DNA from: Eledone cirrhosa
Taxonomy: Eukaryota
Direction of reading: 5' to 3'
Assembly (NCBI GenBank): GCA_964016885.1
Contig: OZ024745.1
Span: 35,774,001-35,838,000, forward strand
DNA length: 64,000 nucleotides
Each line of letters opens with the position of its first letter. Position 1 is the first letter of the stretch. Shown in pieces: positions 1-13,200 of this stretch. Made by a program: the position numbers and the translations under genes. The notes beneath the pieces are model-generated. The model was not told where the DNA came from and made no database searches. It saw only the letters and a list, made by a program, of their open reading frames with translations.

Positions 1-869
1 ATATTTTGTGCTAAATTTTTGGTGGACGAGTAAGTTCATTTTTTAGTGTGTCTATTAAAAATTGAGTGATATTTATGTGTTCTAGGGAAGCGTTTGTCAA
101 GAGCATTAAAGAATAGTTTAGCAATATGGCTTTTAATATTTAGTGAGAAAGGGGGGGCAAACGATAATATATTTCTAGTTCTATTTCTTTTTCGGCTTTT
201 GGAATTATTGTAATGTTTTCTATTATAGTTGTTAAAGTTGTTACCGTAATTAAAATTGTTATTATTTTGGTTAGTTTGCTTATTATTATTATCGATGTAT
301 TTAATTTTATCTCTATATCCTGCTCTAGCTAATGCTTCATTGTAATACTGCGCTTTTTCATCAAAAATATTTTTATTAGATGAAATTCTTGAAGTTCGTT
401 CTTGAACAGAGTTCACTATAGTATTTTTAACAGATCTGGGGTGATTAGAGTTAAAATTGACATAATTCAAGTTCTCATTTAGTTTGTGAAATGGATAATG
501 AAGACATGTGTTGAGATTTAGTGTTACATCCAGAAAATTGACTATTCTATGGTTATTCTCTATTTCTATTTTTAGATTAAGGTAATTAAAAAATTGTATA
601 ATTTGTTTTCTTTTTCTATTTAGTTCACAGCTATTATTTTCAATAAGTAAAAGCATGTCAACACGTTATAATCCTCCGGTTACACCTGGTATTTTTCTAT
701 GTAGCGAGTTAATTATAAATAGGCCCACAAGGTCCGTTACCTGAGCTGAGTCTGATGATCCCATAGTTATGTCGAAATTATTATCTCTATCTGCCCTAGT
801 CCATAGTTGGTTATTAAATTCTATCAATGTTTTCCTTGATAAATCATTAGATCCCTTCACCTTTTCCAT
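1..869 (-). mobile_element. Penelope-like element RT/thumb fragment (Naiad-like), disrupted, runs off window
   Basis: ORFs 666..869 and 36..656 show PLE RT motifs FDITMGSSDSAQVTDLVG, NFLDVTLNL, YVNFNSNHP and APPFSLNIK..FP..HKYHSIFNR. Broken at the RT catalytic motif. Clade assignment is from motif recall. Confidence 0.85.
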
Positions 870-2240
870 TTTAAACTTTCTTCCTAAATATAAGCAAGGA
901 TATAATAAACTACTCTAAAATGTATATGCTCCCAATGTATTAAATAAAATATACGTAAGATAAATTTCTATACTAAATATAAGGGTATCCGTAGAATCAC
1001 TGGGTCTTCTAAATCTTTTAAATTATTTTTATTTTTTATTTGTTTTGACTCTGATAGCTTCTAATAACTTTCATATGTCTACCCTTGCAATATCTTGTTT
1101 GAGATATAGGTAGGATAGATTTCTATAATAAATATATAAAACATATTATTTTAACTATAGTGTTTTAAAGATATTTAATGGTTTGATATTTCTATATTAA
1201 TATATTGATATTTGATTAATCTCTATACAAAGGCCATATGTGTGTATTAACATGCATATAAGGGTTTTATAGGGTTTATTTATGTGTTTGTATATATGTC
1301 TGTATATATGCATAACGATGCTGGAAGTCTCACGCAGATATTTATTTATACATATGTATGTGTATATATGGTTGTGTGTCTATTTGTGGATGTGTGTTGC
1401 AGATATGGATAATACATGAACGGTAATCATATATATGAGGACATGAATATTAATCGTATTTTTATGTATATATACTGTGAAATTTTAATAACACAAGAAA
1501 TGTATAGAAGGAATCAAGTGAAATCATTTGTGTGTCTATATTATTGACTGGAGTAGACATAATTTTATTTTTTCAGGACGTACATATGTGTGTATATATA
1601 TATATACATATTTGTATTAGTATTTTAATAAATAGGGTATTTTTTGAAGGTTTTTTGAAGGTTTTAACTCAGATTTTGGTATATTGACCTCAAGATTTTA
1701 AACTAAACATATGGTCATTATTGAACAATGTTATTTTCTCATATTATATATCTATGTCCCATTCATGAATATTGCTATTTACATTTTTATTATTCATTTC
1801 ATATGAATTGTTAACTCAACTTAATATGACATGACGTAAAGTTGTCACTATATCCCCCTCTCTCTATATAGTATTACCTCTCTCTTGAGTTTCTCTATCT
1901 GTATGATGAATTATTATCTCTCTGTTGCTTTCTTTTGTTTTTCTTATTTCTTCCTTTTTTCTTTCTTTTTTATTTCCTCCTATCTATTTATATCTTTCTT
2001 TTCTACATACATTTCTCTCTCTCTCCGGTATTTCTCCAGGTTTTCTTTTTCTCTCTCTCCTTCTTTTTCTCTCTCCTTATCTCTCTCCGTTTTTTCTTTC
2101 TCTCCGTCTTTTTCTAACTGTGTTTAACACTATAACTAATAAAATAATTATAAACATCTCACTATCCAGACAGCTTCCAAAAATAATGGTTGCATCTAAT
2201 AGGGTACGACAAAATTATTTATAAAACTGTTTAGATATTG

Positions 2241-2305
2241 TATTTCGTCTGATGAAGGCATACCATATTTTAATTTGGTATCCCTGAAATATGTATAATG
2301 AAATA
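2241..2305 (+). ncRNA. Minimal type I hammerhead ribozyme (family A)
   Basis: Stem I TATTTCGT/ATGAAATA; core CTGATGA 2249-2255; stem II AGG.ATACCA/TGGTAT.CCT; GAAA 2286-2289; near-palindromic stem III ATATGTAT; cleavage after A2297. Confidence 0.8.
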
Positions 2306-2345
2306 AATATGGTTTTATAAATATAGTTTCCATTTATTTAATATC

Positions 2346-2346
<1 letters not shown>

Positions 2347-2392
<46 letters not shown>

Positions 2393-2514
2393 TACATAAC
2401 TTATAATCTCTGTAATCTACATAGAGCACTCTTTTTTCCTTTTTGCTAGATCTTTCTGACTGAATCACTTCACTCATATATATATATATATACACACACA
2501 CATACACACACACG

Positions 2515-2582
<68 letters not shown>

Positions 2583-2608
2583 CATATACATATATATATA
2601 TATATATA
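2347..2608. repeat. (TA)n/(CA)n microsatellites
   Basis: Direct reading. Confidence 0.95.
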
Positions 2609-3926
2609 TTGGTACAGAATGCGTGTCCAACGCTTACGCCTACTTCAACAGGCACAGAATGAATGCCTGAACATCATGGCAATCCTTCCCCTGGATAGTA
2701 TTTTCAATGCCCCTTACTGGTTCGGCACACACGATATTTTTTATGTCATCTATTATTTTGCTGCAAGTATAACGATCTATTCTTTAGGTTTCTGTTTAAG
2801 TAGAAAAATACAGCAAACATTGCGTCACGTGGAACAGTTGAGCACTCTGTGTATTTGTTCAAGATTTCTTCAGCTCTATTTCAAGGCGGTGTTGTTTTCA
2901 TTACCGAGCATGCATATGGTGTTTTAGTTAATCCATTTACTGTTCAAACTGTGTGCCCTAGAATGAAACCTAGTCTAGACGATGTAACGTTGTCTATACA
3001 CGAGGATGAATCAAATATTGTCCCGGTTAATGCTGATACTAGTTGATTGAAATATGTTGAACACCATTTCAGGGGTCTATCGACTACTGATAAATACAGA
3101 CCAAGCGAATCCTGTGAAGTCCATTGCTCTTGTAAGGCCTACATTGTTCAGGGTCAATGTCGGAGCATCTAGTTTACAGAAAACAATTGGAGCGTAAGAT
3201 GAACACTGTCGTGTTGTACCACAACTTTAACTATATGGAGGCTTCTCAAACTTTATGTGAACGATTTCCTCTTATTTGTATCTGCTTGTTTACTAAATGT
3301 TTGTCTTCTTTTAATATCTTTTATTGCATTTTAAAGTAGACAACCCTATATTAGAAATATATATGTGAAATTTTCTGAGCATTCCTGAGAATATATAAAT
3401 CCTTATCGCCTTAAATAGAGAATTAAAGTCGTTGAACAGCCGGGGTATTTTTCCAGCTCTATATATTTGAGACCAAATCGCGCCATGTTCAATTTCGCCT
3501 TTCATCATCCGGGGAAAGATAACAATTATATATCGAGTGTGATTTAATCAATTAACCCACCTGCCGAATTATTGGACTTGTGCCAAATCCAGAAATTATT
3601 ACTTAAACGTGTTTGATTGAAGGATTCATAGTGTGTCCGATAAGATGCTTTGCATAATCTCTTAAGGCTCTTTAATTTTCAAATTCTGATCAAGTCGAAG
3701 TCATCTTCAACTCTCATCATTCCGGGGTCGATGAAAGAAAGGGTCAGTCAAACAGATTATAATTTATGCACAAGACTAGCAATTTGGTTAAGCGATAAAT
3801 CGGATAGAATGGTATACTACTCTATTCGAATTGTTGGCCTTATTTCTGAATTACAAATTACCATCATCATCATCAGCAGCATCAGCATCAGCATTATCAT
3901 AATAATAATAATTATTATTATTGCAA

Positions 3927-4139
3927 TGGCAGTATCGGTAGAGCGTCGGACAATATGCTTTGCGACATATAGTTACGGTTCTTTACGTTCTGAGTTCAAA
4001 TCCCCTCAGGTTTGCTTTAACATTCATCATTACGGGGTCGATAAAATAAAGTACCAGTAACATCGATTCAACCCACATTCCCTTTACCCGAACATTTTTG
4101 GCCTTGTGCCTAAATCAGAAATTTTCATTATTATTATTA
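3927..4139 (+). mobile_element. tRNA-derived SINE, diverged copy
   Basis: Box A-like TGGCAGTATCGG, box B GAGTTCAAATCC, core TTCATC..TACGGGGTCGATAAAATAAAGTACCAG, tail GGCCTTGTGCCTAAA plus (ATT)n; five other copies in the window. Confidence 0.85.
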
Positions 4140-4316
4140 CCGTTCAAGGTCTTTCCTCCAAACATATCATTTACTGTGTCTTCTTATTGACACATCATTT
4201 GTAAATTTTATTCCCCATTCTTCATCTATATTTATCTCTCTCCAATCTCTTTGCTGTGTATCTTTGTCCTTTTTTAGTCTGTATATCCCCACGCTCTTCC
4301 CACCTTCTCCCTATCT

Positions 4317-4320
<4 letters not shown>

Positions 4321-4398
<78 letters not shown>
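4321..4398. repeat. (CT)n microsatellite
   Basis: Direct reading. Confidence 0.95.
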
Positions 4399-7300
4399 AC
4401 CTTATTTATTTATTTATTTATTTCTTCCTTCATTACTTATACTTTCGTTTGTGTTTTTTTTTATTCTCTATTAATCCTTTCCTCTCTACACCACTTACGA
4501 ACTATGTACCTTTCTCACCCCCATACTCTTATATTTTCTCTATCCATCTCACTATCGGTCTCATTCTTGTCTCTTTGTATATGTGACAAACATAAAAACT
4601 GATAGTGAGAAATTTGAGAGAGAGAGAGAGAGTGAAAGAGTGAGAGGGAGAGGGGGGAGAGAGTGAGAGAGGCGGAGACAGAAAAATAGAGAATTGAAGC
4701 TAAACATAAGCATAATATACATATGTATGTGTGTATGCACACATATTCATTCATCAATATGTCTGCGCATTCGTTTGTATATATGTATGCGTTTATGTGT
4801 TCTTACATTTCTTTCTCAATGTCTATCGCTCTTTTTCTGAGCTGTCTGTGTTTGTTGGCCCGACTGGTTGTTCCCTCTCTTTATTTATTTATCTGTCTTT
4901 CCCAATCGATTGATCTGTTTGTTTACTCATCACAAAGAGACTTCAACGTATAAAACTCGGCTTTATGTAATGGCGAATAGTTTATACGTTCTATATATTG
5001 TACAGAAACACGATGCTACATCATTAGAAATCAGCGGAATAAATTCTAGTCTAGTAAAATAACATTTGTAATATTATATAGAAATATACTTCTTTTATTG
5101 GCAAAGACAATTGTTGGGGTGATTCTTGTGAGTTTTAGATGGAAGATTGGATTTTGCAGGCATTTCTCAACTAGGCAAATCAATATAGTGAATATGCTTC
5201 CCGTTTTAACAACAGACCGTGAACGTTGGGTTAAGTTTCACAGGGTTCATTATGTTGCACTCTCACAGAATCTCTGATCAGATTTCCTTTTCCCCAGTGA
5301 AGGAGATTCTGTCAAATACTATGGGGTCACCCTTTCAGCTAAGCTCAAGTAAAAAGAAAAGAAGAAAAAATCAATTGAAACCGTTACATTCGAATCCATT
5401 AGTTGACGAAAATCTCATAAATGAGATCTGATAATTTGTCATTTGATTTAACCACCCAACATGTATTGGGTCGGTTTAGTGGAGTTTCCTCCGTTACAAG
5501 CAATCAGAATAGATCACCTGTCTGAAGATAGTCTCTTCTCTTCATCTTCCACTCACTCTCTGTGGTGTTGGTGCTACCTATCTTCCACTGACGAAGCTAA
5601 AATAGGAGCCCATGGTAGATCAGGATGTTTCGTTTTTTTAAATCTTACTTAAATGTAACGTTTAAAAATGGCTTTCTTAAGTCTAGACGTTCAACAGGTT
5701 TCATGTGGCTTTAATCGACTGAACGAACAAGACTGCGCTGACACCAATCAGCTGCAGCTAGCATCCATTCTCAGCTTAGTGAAATCGAGTAACGCATCTT
5801 TTTGTCGAAATACAATACTGTGCAGATTCATCTAAGAATCTTGCTCCGCCTGGAAATCAAAATCACGATCTAACAATCGCTTGACTAACATCCTAATAAC
5901 TAGCTGACTGTAACTGTTTAAAAACACATATCACACACTAAATCTTCCCGTTTCAGACGAATTTATAATGATTTGTTAGTCAACAAGAAATAAATAATTA
6001 TTCTATAGAAAGAATCATTTGTGAATTGGAATACACTTGATGCAAATATTGCTAGATACATAATTTGAAACATACCAGGATTGGTATGACAAGTATACTC
6101 AGATTACCAGGTAATTTAAACTGAAAAATTTGCGAAAGGCACAGACACTTGTACTGTAATTTCAGCAGCAACTGAAACAATCATCTTCGAAACCGACCGA
6201 CGTCCATTCCATTTTATTCCACAGAATACCTTGCAGAAGCGTATCAAACAATTTCACCATCGCTTCCTTTCTACGGGAGAAAAGGATTTTTTCATATCTC
6301 TTAATAAATTTCGTTTTGGCGCTTTGAACCCTAATTTTTGTGAAATACATCTAATTCTTACTTCATCGTGTTTCATATCATCCTCTGTATTTTTCTGGTA
6401 TTTCAGAATCCTGCCAACTACCTGCTTGTAACTCATCTTCTGATTTTTTACAGTAAAATTCCGTTTGTGTAAATTATAAGCGATATTCATATAACAGATT
6501 CATTTCGGGGTTTATGGACCTTCCACCTTTAGCAAATATAATGTGTTTGTGTTAATGTTATACTCCACAAATACAACAGAGAATTCCGTCTATATTACGA
6601 AGCAATTTATCTTAAAGAATTCTAACTGCTGGAAACTACACTTATAGTTCTCTAGGTATACGACAGCCTATTATGATAATATCTATACGACTAGCTGCGA
6701 TTAACTATTACGTTAGTTGCTGCCTAAACACAATCGAGAATAAACTTACTTCTTAAATCCAATCTCTCATTACCTAGCTTTCTCACACGCTAACACTCTC
6801 CTCATTAACTTGCCTCCCTCTCATTAATATATTTCTTTCTTATCATCAAAATCTCAAAAGCCCTTCAGATACCCGTCCTGATGCTCCCTCTGATTGTCAC
6901 ACATTTTCTAATTCTTTATCTGCCATATCAAAAGCTTTTAAATTTAAATCTTCTCTTTCATACGTTTCAATGTATCTTTCTTCGTACCTCTCTCTTTATC
7001 ACACACATATCTCACCATTTCATCAACCTTTCTCATGACATTAAACATTTCTTTTCTATATGTATTAACAACTTATCTCCTTACAATTTCTCATGTTCAT
7101 CACCGTAGCAACATAAAGCATTTTCTCGTAACTCTATTTACACACATCCATATTACTTTTGCCAACTTCGTCATTAAACGTTGCGTTTATGATCAAGTTC
7201 AAATATAAATCCGAATACTAATTAAGCTAAAAATTAATTCTAACTATTATTACGATTACGACATCTAATCAAAATCAATTTTATTATTAGCAATCTCGAA

Positions 7301-7864
7301 TTAAACGGGGCTCCTACTTTATATTAGCCTATGCTCTTTTCTTGAGTATAACATATTCTAATAGTGACATCTGCCTTCACGTACTTTTAGGAAATATAAA
7401 GATTCCAAGCACGAAAGTAGAGATTATAAATAAGAGAAGTGAGCAATATTGAATAACAGTCATAAAATCAATGATTCACGAAATAGAAAGTTCTTGTTTT
7501 CTTGATATATAAACACCATAGTTGTCTGCTGAATGTGTAATATTAATATTGTATACGTATAATTATATCTTTGTTTAGATATATAAAATTACGAAAAATT
7601 TCACAGTGAGCGTGTTTTATTGTATTACTGGCAATATTATATCTATATGACCCTCCCCAAATATAACAATATGCATACACACACACATACATAAACACAC
7701 AGACACACACATGCACATATCTGCCTCTTTTCCTGTCACCCACTGTACTACCCTAAGTATCGAGTACTCTGGTGCGTTATGGTCCACCTGGTTTCTTACC
7801 CCATTTTCTTTGTTATATATATATATATATATATAAATATATAAATATATAAATATATAAATAC

Positions 7865-8819
7865 ATAATCGGAGAAAGCTAATAGCGATACTCCGGCCAA
7901 ATTCCAACTCACTCAACAAAAATTAGGAAATACCTCAGTATATTCCTAATTAAACGTTCGAGGTGCTAACTAATTGTATTGTGTGGAAAATTGGCTGTAT
8001 CATTTCATATGAGATATATCAAATATATCTCTTCGCAGACAGACGTCTCGTTTCACTATAAAATTTCTACAAGTTGGGTGAAATTATACCTATTTATGTA
8101 GAAGCTTGTATAAGATCAACAGATACTGAAGTGGGCTCTTATAATTCTTCAGTGGGTGCCCAATAATATTAATATTGATAACCAAAATCAACATCAATAT
8201 TTAGCGATAATCACCATCAGTGCTTGAGGTAGCTGCTAGGTTGTTAGTCCAGTAGTTCTAAAGAAAATGTCACACTGTCTCGAAAATAGGAGGAAGGAGG
8301 TTACCGCCAAAAAACAATACATGCGCAGGTCAATGAATTCTGAAAAGAATTCAAGCCACGTGCTAGAACTCAATTGGATATGAAAAAAATAACCATATTT
8401 GTGCTTCGCTTGATGACACACATAGATATTTTCTTGGGCAAAATAACAGAATGAGATACAATAACAAACAATCAATATTCATATAAAAAAATTAAACAAA
8501 GAGAGCCATACCTTATATCGGGAAAGGTCATATATGTTGCTTCAAGAGTAAACATATAAATAAATAATCGGAGAAAGCTAATAGCAATACTCCGGCCAAA
8601 TTCCAACTCACTCAACAAACATTAGGAAATACTTCAGTATATTCCTAATTAAACGTTCGGGGTGCTAACTAATTGTATTGTATTGGCTGTATCATTTCAT
8701 ATGAGATATATCAAATATATCTCTTCCCAGACGGACGTCTCGTTTCACTATAAGATTTCTACAAGTTGGGTGAAATTATACCAATTTATGTAGAAGCTTA
8801 TATAAGATCAACAGATACT
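7865..8819 (-). mobile_element. HHR-bearing non-coding element (family B), ~700-bp unit, ~1.4 tandem copies, between (TA)n tracts
   Basis: 7865-8127 is repeated at 8564-8819; a diverged relative lies at ~57865-58150. Confidence 0.75.
8034..8156 (-). ncRNA. Type I hammerhead ribozyme with long stem II insertion (family B)
   Basis: Minus strand: CCCA-CTGAAGA-ATTATAA...(~80 nt)...TTATAGT-GAAA-CGAGACGTCTG-TC-TGCG. The second unit reads TC-TGGG, a perfect partner for CCCA. Confidence 0.7.
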
Positions 8820-8905
8820 TATTCAAGTATATATATATATATATATTGAATGAATAAACTTGTAGTTTCATAACTTACATTCTATCTATCTATCTATCTA
8901 TCTAT

Positions 8906-9000
8906 TCCATCTGTGATAACATTTTACAAGTTTTTATTGTATGTAAACTTCCCCCTTTGTATTTGTCCCCTTCTTTTGTGCCCCTGTGGCTAATAAAGAA

Positions 9001-9001
<1 letters not shown>
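8906..9001 (+). mobile_element. 3' tail fragment of a Tx1-like LINE within (TCTA)n
   Basis: Ends TGTGCCCCTGTGGCTAATAAAGAAA, matching the Tx1 3' end at 22291-22318 (TGTGAACCCTTGTGGTTAATAAAGAAA). Confidence 0.6.
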
Positions 9002-9073
<72 letters not shown>

Positions 9074-9153
9074 TAGATAGATAGATAGATAGAATGTAAG
9101 TTATGAAACTACAAGTTACAAGCATACAAGTAGCAACATCATTACTTAACCTA

Positions 9154-9343
9154 GTGGGTGGATTGGCAGTATCGGTAGAAGGTCGGACGCCATGTTTTCC
9201 ACCATAGTTACGTCCTTTTACAATCTGAGTTCAAATCCCGCCGAGGTTGACTTTGCCTTTCATCCTTACGGGGTCGATAAAATAAAGTACCAGTAATGCA
9301 CTGGGTAATTGCTGGCCTTGTGCCTAAAGTAGAAACAATTATT
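9154..9343 (+). mobile_element. tRNA-derived SINE
   Basis: Box A/B, conserved core GCCTTTCATCCTTACGGGGTCGATAAAAT, tail GGCCTTGTGCCTAAAGTAGAAACAATT. Confidence 0.9.
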
Positions 9344-9906
9344 TAATCTAGTATTCCATATATAAGAAAAATAGACTGTAGATATTGTGATTGGATATAA
9401 TACACTATAATCAATCTCAAACATTTTTGCTAGCAAAACGTTAAATTAATCAGATTTTTTAAACTGCATGCAATCCAAATCTTTCTGGTCGATGCTACCC
9501 ACGAGGAAACGGGCTTAACTGAAATTAAAATAAGCTGATTTAATTTCTCACCCCCCCCCCCCCCCATACACACACACATATATATATATATATATAGATA
9601 ATTTAATATATCAACTAACATAAGCGCACAGATGCACGCCCATGCCAGCAAATACACAGGTTATGTCATAGTACCTAACTTTTTTTGGGGGTGTTAGTAG
9701 GCGTCAGTCATCTTACCATCCCATTCCTTCTAACTAGCCTCTGTGTCACGTGATTGATTCTTTAGAATCGGCCATTTGACTTGAAGCAGTGAGAATTTCG
9801 GTACATAGAATCCAGTCCTCGCAAGCTGTTCGATCTACCGAATTATTATTATTTTTATACGAGCCGCCAGTGTCCGCGCATTGCCTGGAGACTTAACTGA
9901 GAATAG

Positions 9907-9988
9907 ACTCCCTGATGACGCAATGAATTCTCGACAGTTGGATTACGTAACTGTCTTTATCCCATTGCAGAAACTAATTAGTTGGAGT
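9907..9988 (+). ncRNA. Type I hammerhead ribozyme (family C) within a repeat spanning ~9600-10060
   Basis: ACTCC-CTGATGA-C-GCAATG...CATTGC-A-GAAA-CTAATTAG-TT-GGAGT; palindromic stem III ACTAATTAGT; homologous to 58200-59345. Confidence 0.85.
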
Positions 9989-10064
9989 GAAAATTTAAGT
10001 AAGTAAAAAATTAAAAAAAAATTTTTTTTTAAAAATATTTTCTTATTTTACGTCTTTTATATTA

Positions 10065-10098
<34 letters not shown>

Positions 10099-10949
10099 CA
10101 TACATATATTTACATATATATAAGCGTGTGTGTTCAAAATTTAATTTCTTGCGTAAGTGTAATAATTTACGTGAGCAATAGCGCGACCAGGGATCGGTAG
10201 GCTTTTAAATTGCACTATGCGGACGTTATAATTCGAATAGCACAGTAAATATATTTTGAGAGCTCTACTACTAGTAGTAGTTGCAAGTATAGAGAGGATA
10301 AAGAAAGGATCGGCGAAGGAAACAAACGTTGAACAAATGCCATCCCTGAGGGTCGCGTTAGGTTCAGCAGGAACAAGCTTTGAGATATATGTGGAAATGA
10401 AACAGAAAGAAACAGAAAATGAAGGAACAGGGGACAAATGATATAAGTATTCCTCTAACAAATGTCATTGCATATGCAAGAGATGGAGTTTTGCAAGGTG
10501 TTAACACATAAGCAAGCCCAACGTTGACCACTCGTCTCTTTCTGCAGGATGACCACGAAAAGGACGACAAAATTGAGCGGCCTTTCTTAGGCACATTTTA
10601 TTGCCTTCTAATAACATTTTTAGATTTTTGTGCATCAGATTTTATCAGTTAAAGAAATGTTCTACTTTGTTCTGGAAAGCAATAAAATAGATATAACTAC
10701 ACTTGCTGATATGTTTAACACATTTATCATGGTAATCTGAAACTGCATGCATATAAAATGCGCTTTATCAAAGGAAATGCTCTACATGGAGTACTCTCTG
10801 ATCTACGAGCTCCGCACTCTATCGAGTAACGTTACTCGAAAAATCATTACGGAGGGACCCGATTTCTGCAGCTTATATTCGTGATTGTATTCTTTCGGTC
10901 ATTACCCAAGATCTATGAGCATAGATATGGGTCGACAGGAAGACCGACT

Positions 10950-11200
10950 TAAAATTAGCAAGTTTGACTTTGACAACTACACCCTCTTCTTCTGACGACT
11001 GAAAGCTGAAACTGGTGCATTACTTCAGCTCCTGCAATCCTTTAATTCACTAAATTCAGCCTCATACCATCCCCCATCGTTAGTAAATATGGTCCTAATA
11101 TACTTGAACATCGCCACCTATTTGAGTGGAACTCCATTCCTATGTAGAGTGTTCTGCACAGGGGGGTCTTCGGAGGACGGGTGTCTCAGTATTCACAAGT
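10950..11200 (-). mobile_element. Degenerate LINE RT C-terminal fragment
   Basis: Minus strand reads ...VPLK*VAMFK(Y)LG..., resembling the FKYLG motif; heavily mutated. Confidence 0.3.
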
Positions 11201-12900
11201 AATTCGTATAGAGACACCAGGGCAACAAGGAGCTGTTCATAATTTTGAGAATAACTTTCAAAACAATATCTTTTGTTAGAAAAGTAACATTACCGACATT
11301 TGTCGATAAAACTACTGAAACTTGAAATTCTATTAATTTTCTCGTATTCGAGGTCATCTTTGTAAATACACAGCTTCCCGCCTGACCCTCGCTCACTTGA
11401 TATTAAAAAAAACGAACAAATGAAACGAAATAAGAAAGTACATTAACATACACAAATTATGTTGGTTTTCACTATAAAATGTTAAATCGATATTTATTTC
11501 TTCGATATTATAAACAGTTAAATCGATTTTTATTTGTTCGTTAAATCGAGTGAGCGAGTGTTAAGTCAGAAACTGTATGTTTGCAAAGATGACTCTAATA
11601 CAACTAGATCATGAATTGGACCAGGATCGCTGTATATTATAAGCTAAAGTAATATCTGCGTATATAATGGATCGGAAAACAATAGAGACGTGATATTTAC
11701 TTTCTAACTTGCTAAAATTTAACAAGGTAAATATTTAAAAGGCTCCAGAAATTATCCGATCAAACTAACTAATTTGGGTGATCACAGTTAGAGAAACTAT
11801 CATTTAATACTTATTCGTCTACAATGCAATACTGAAATTAAATTTGACACCTACTATATCTTATAAGTTGGGTGATATGCCCCAAATAGTACGCCAAAAT
11901 TAGCGCAATGATAGTAAATGGAGCGTGGCGTCAATTTAACTTTACCATATCCTTAACTTTTTGTTAATTATTTGTTGACCGACTTAGAATAAATATAGAA
12001 TAATGAAACACAGAAGAGAAATGAAGTGAAATGTCTTCGTTGAAATCGTTGGTTTGTTTCTGGTTACAGACTGAGATATACTTACGTTTTCTCAGGTATT
12101 TAAATCTGTTATGCCTGTCACTCATGTAAAACTTTCAAAATTTATTTAAAGGTAATGGTTTCCATGTTGGGAAGACGTAATTTCAGGATGATATTGAATA
12201 CAAATTTTCTATTTTTCTATAGAAAAATTATTTGAATCAACGCTTAGAAAGATATTGACGTTTTCATTAAAAATATATCAACTTAGTTTTTCAGTTACGC
12301 CTTCATCTTAACGTTTATCAAGCCTGGTAAAAGAGCAACTAAAAATTAAAATGTGTGGGAGAAGTGGGCATAAAAAGAGTAATTATTTGCAATACTTTAC
12401 TGAATAAAAATGAAAGTTTTTGTTTGTTAAAATAAATTATGTCCTTTACATCTAAGAGTATGAAAGTTAGAAAAAAAAATTGTTTTACTGACGTACACAA
12501 TTTTGTGCGCTTGATTTGTTATTTTGTAGTGATTTAAATTTTGACAACTGACATATTTTAATATTTTATTAGATTAAGATTCGAATAATCAGTAAAAGTA
12601 AAAAAAAAAAATACATCTCAAAACATTATTTTCATTAGAGAATTTAAATGAGTTTTTATATATTAAAGTGAATATCATAACTTCAGAGCAAGACTCAAAA
12701 TGATATATGTAACCTCTTAGCAGTGTAATTCTAACATAGGTGGTTTTAGCACATGAAAAAGTTTGGATTGGGCCACGGAGTAAAGGCTAACGACTATTGA
12801 TCTAAATTGTACGATTACTAAATTTTGTGAACTCCAAGTACACTTAATGAGCTAGAGTCACCACTGAAATACTCACACTAACACACACACATTAATTCGG

Positions 12901-12954
12901 ACTGCCTGAAGAGGTCACAGCCAATAATAGCTGTCACCGAAATGTATATAGCAG
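12901..12954 (+). ncRNA. Minimal type I hammerhead ribozyme (family E)
   Basis: CTGC-CTGAAGA-GGTCACAGC/GCTGTCACC-GAAA-TGTATA-TA-GCAG; homolog on the minus strand at 29326-29380; ~50 bp upstream of a (TA)n tract. Confidence 0.85.
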
Positions 12955-12999
12955 ATAATTTATAATAAACGAAGCAAAACTTTACATGTTTGACCTACT

Positions 13000-13069
<70 letters not shown>

Positions 13070-13200
13070 TTGTGTATGTATGTATGTATGTATAGCAGTT
13101 TGTATCACTGCTATATATATATCCAGAGAGTGTAACGTGAAGTTACTGTAGGTTCACCCGGGAGAGCACTCGATGTTTAGGTGTAGAGCTAGACAGAGTG

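Noticed and set aside
2619-3508. Cluster of short ORFs in non-repetitive sequence
   Set aside because: No recognisable domain on either strand, and multiple stops.
5580-5640. CCA-CTGACGA-AGCT possible hammerhead 5' half
   Set aside because: No downstream GAAA or stem I partner; at best a truncated remnant.
6162-6490. Overlapping basic ORFs
   Set aside because: No motif support; cannot distinguish from a decayed transposon or chance.
9154-9245. SINE heads as tRNA genes
   Set aside because: Box A/B are present but there is no clean cloverleaf, and they are always fused to the SINE core and tail.
10990-11020. CTGACGA...GAAA hammerhead-like motif
   Set aside because: No stem II or stem I pairing, G at the cleavage position, and it lies within a LINE remnant.
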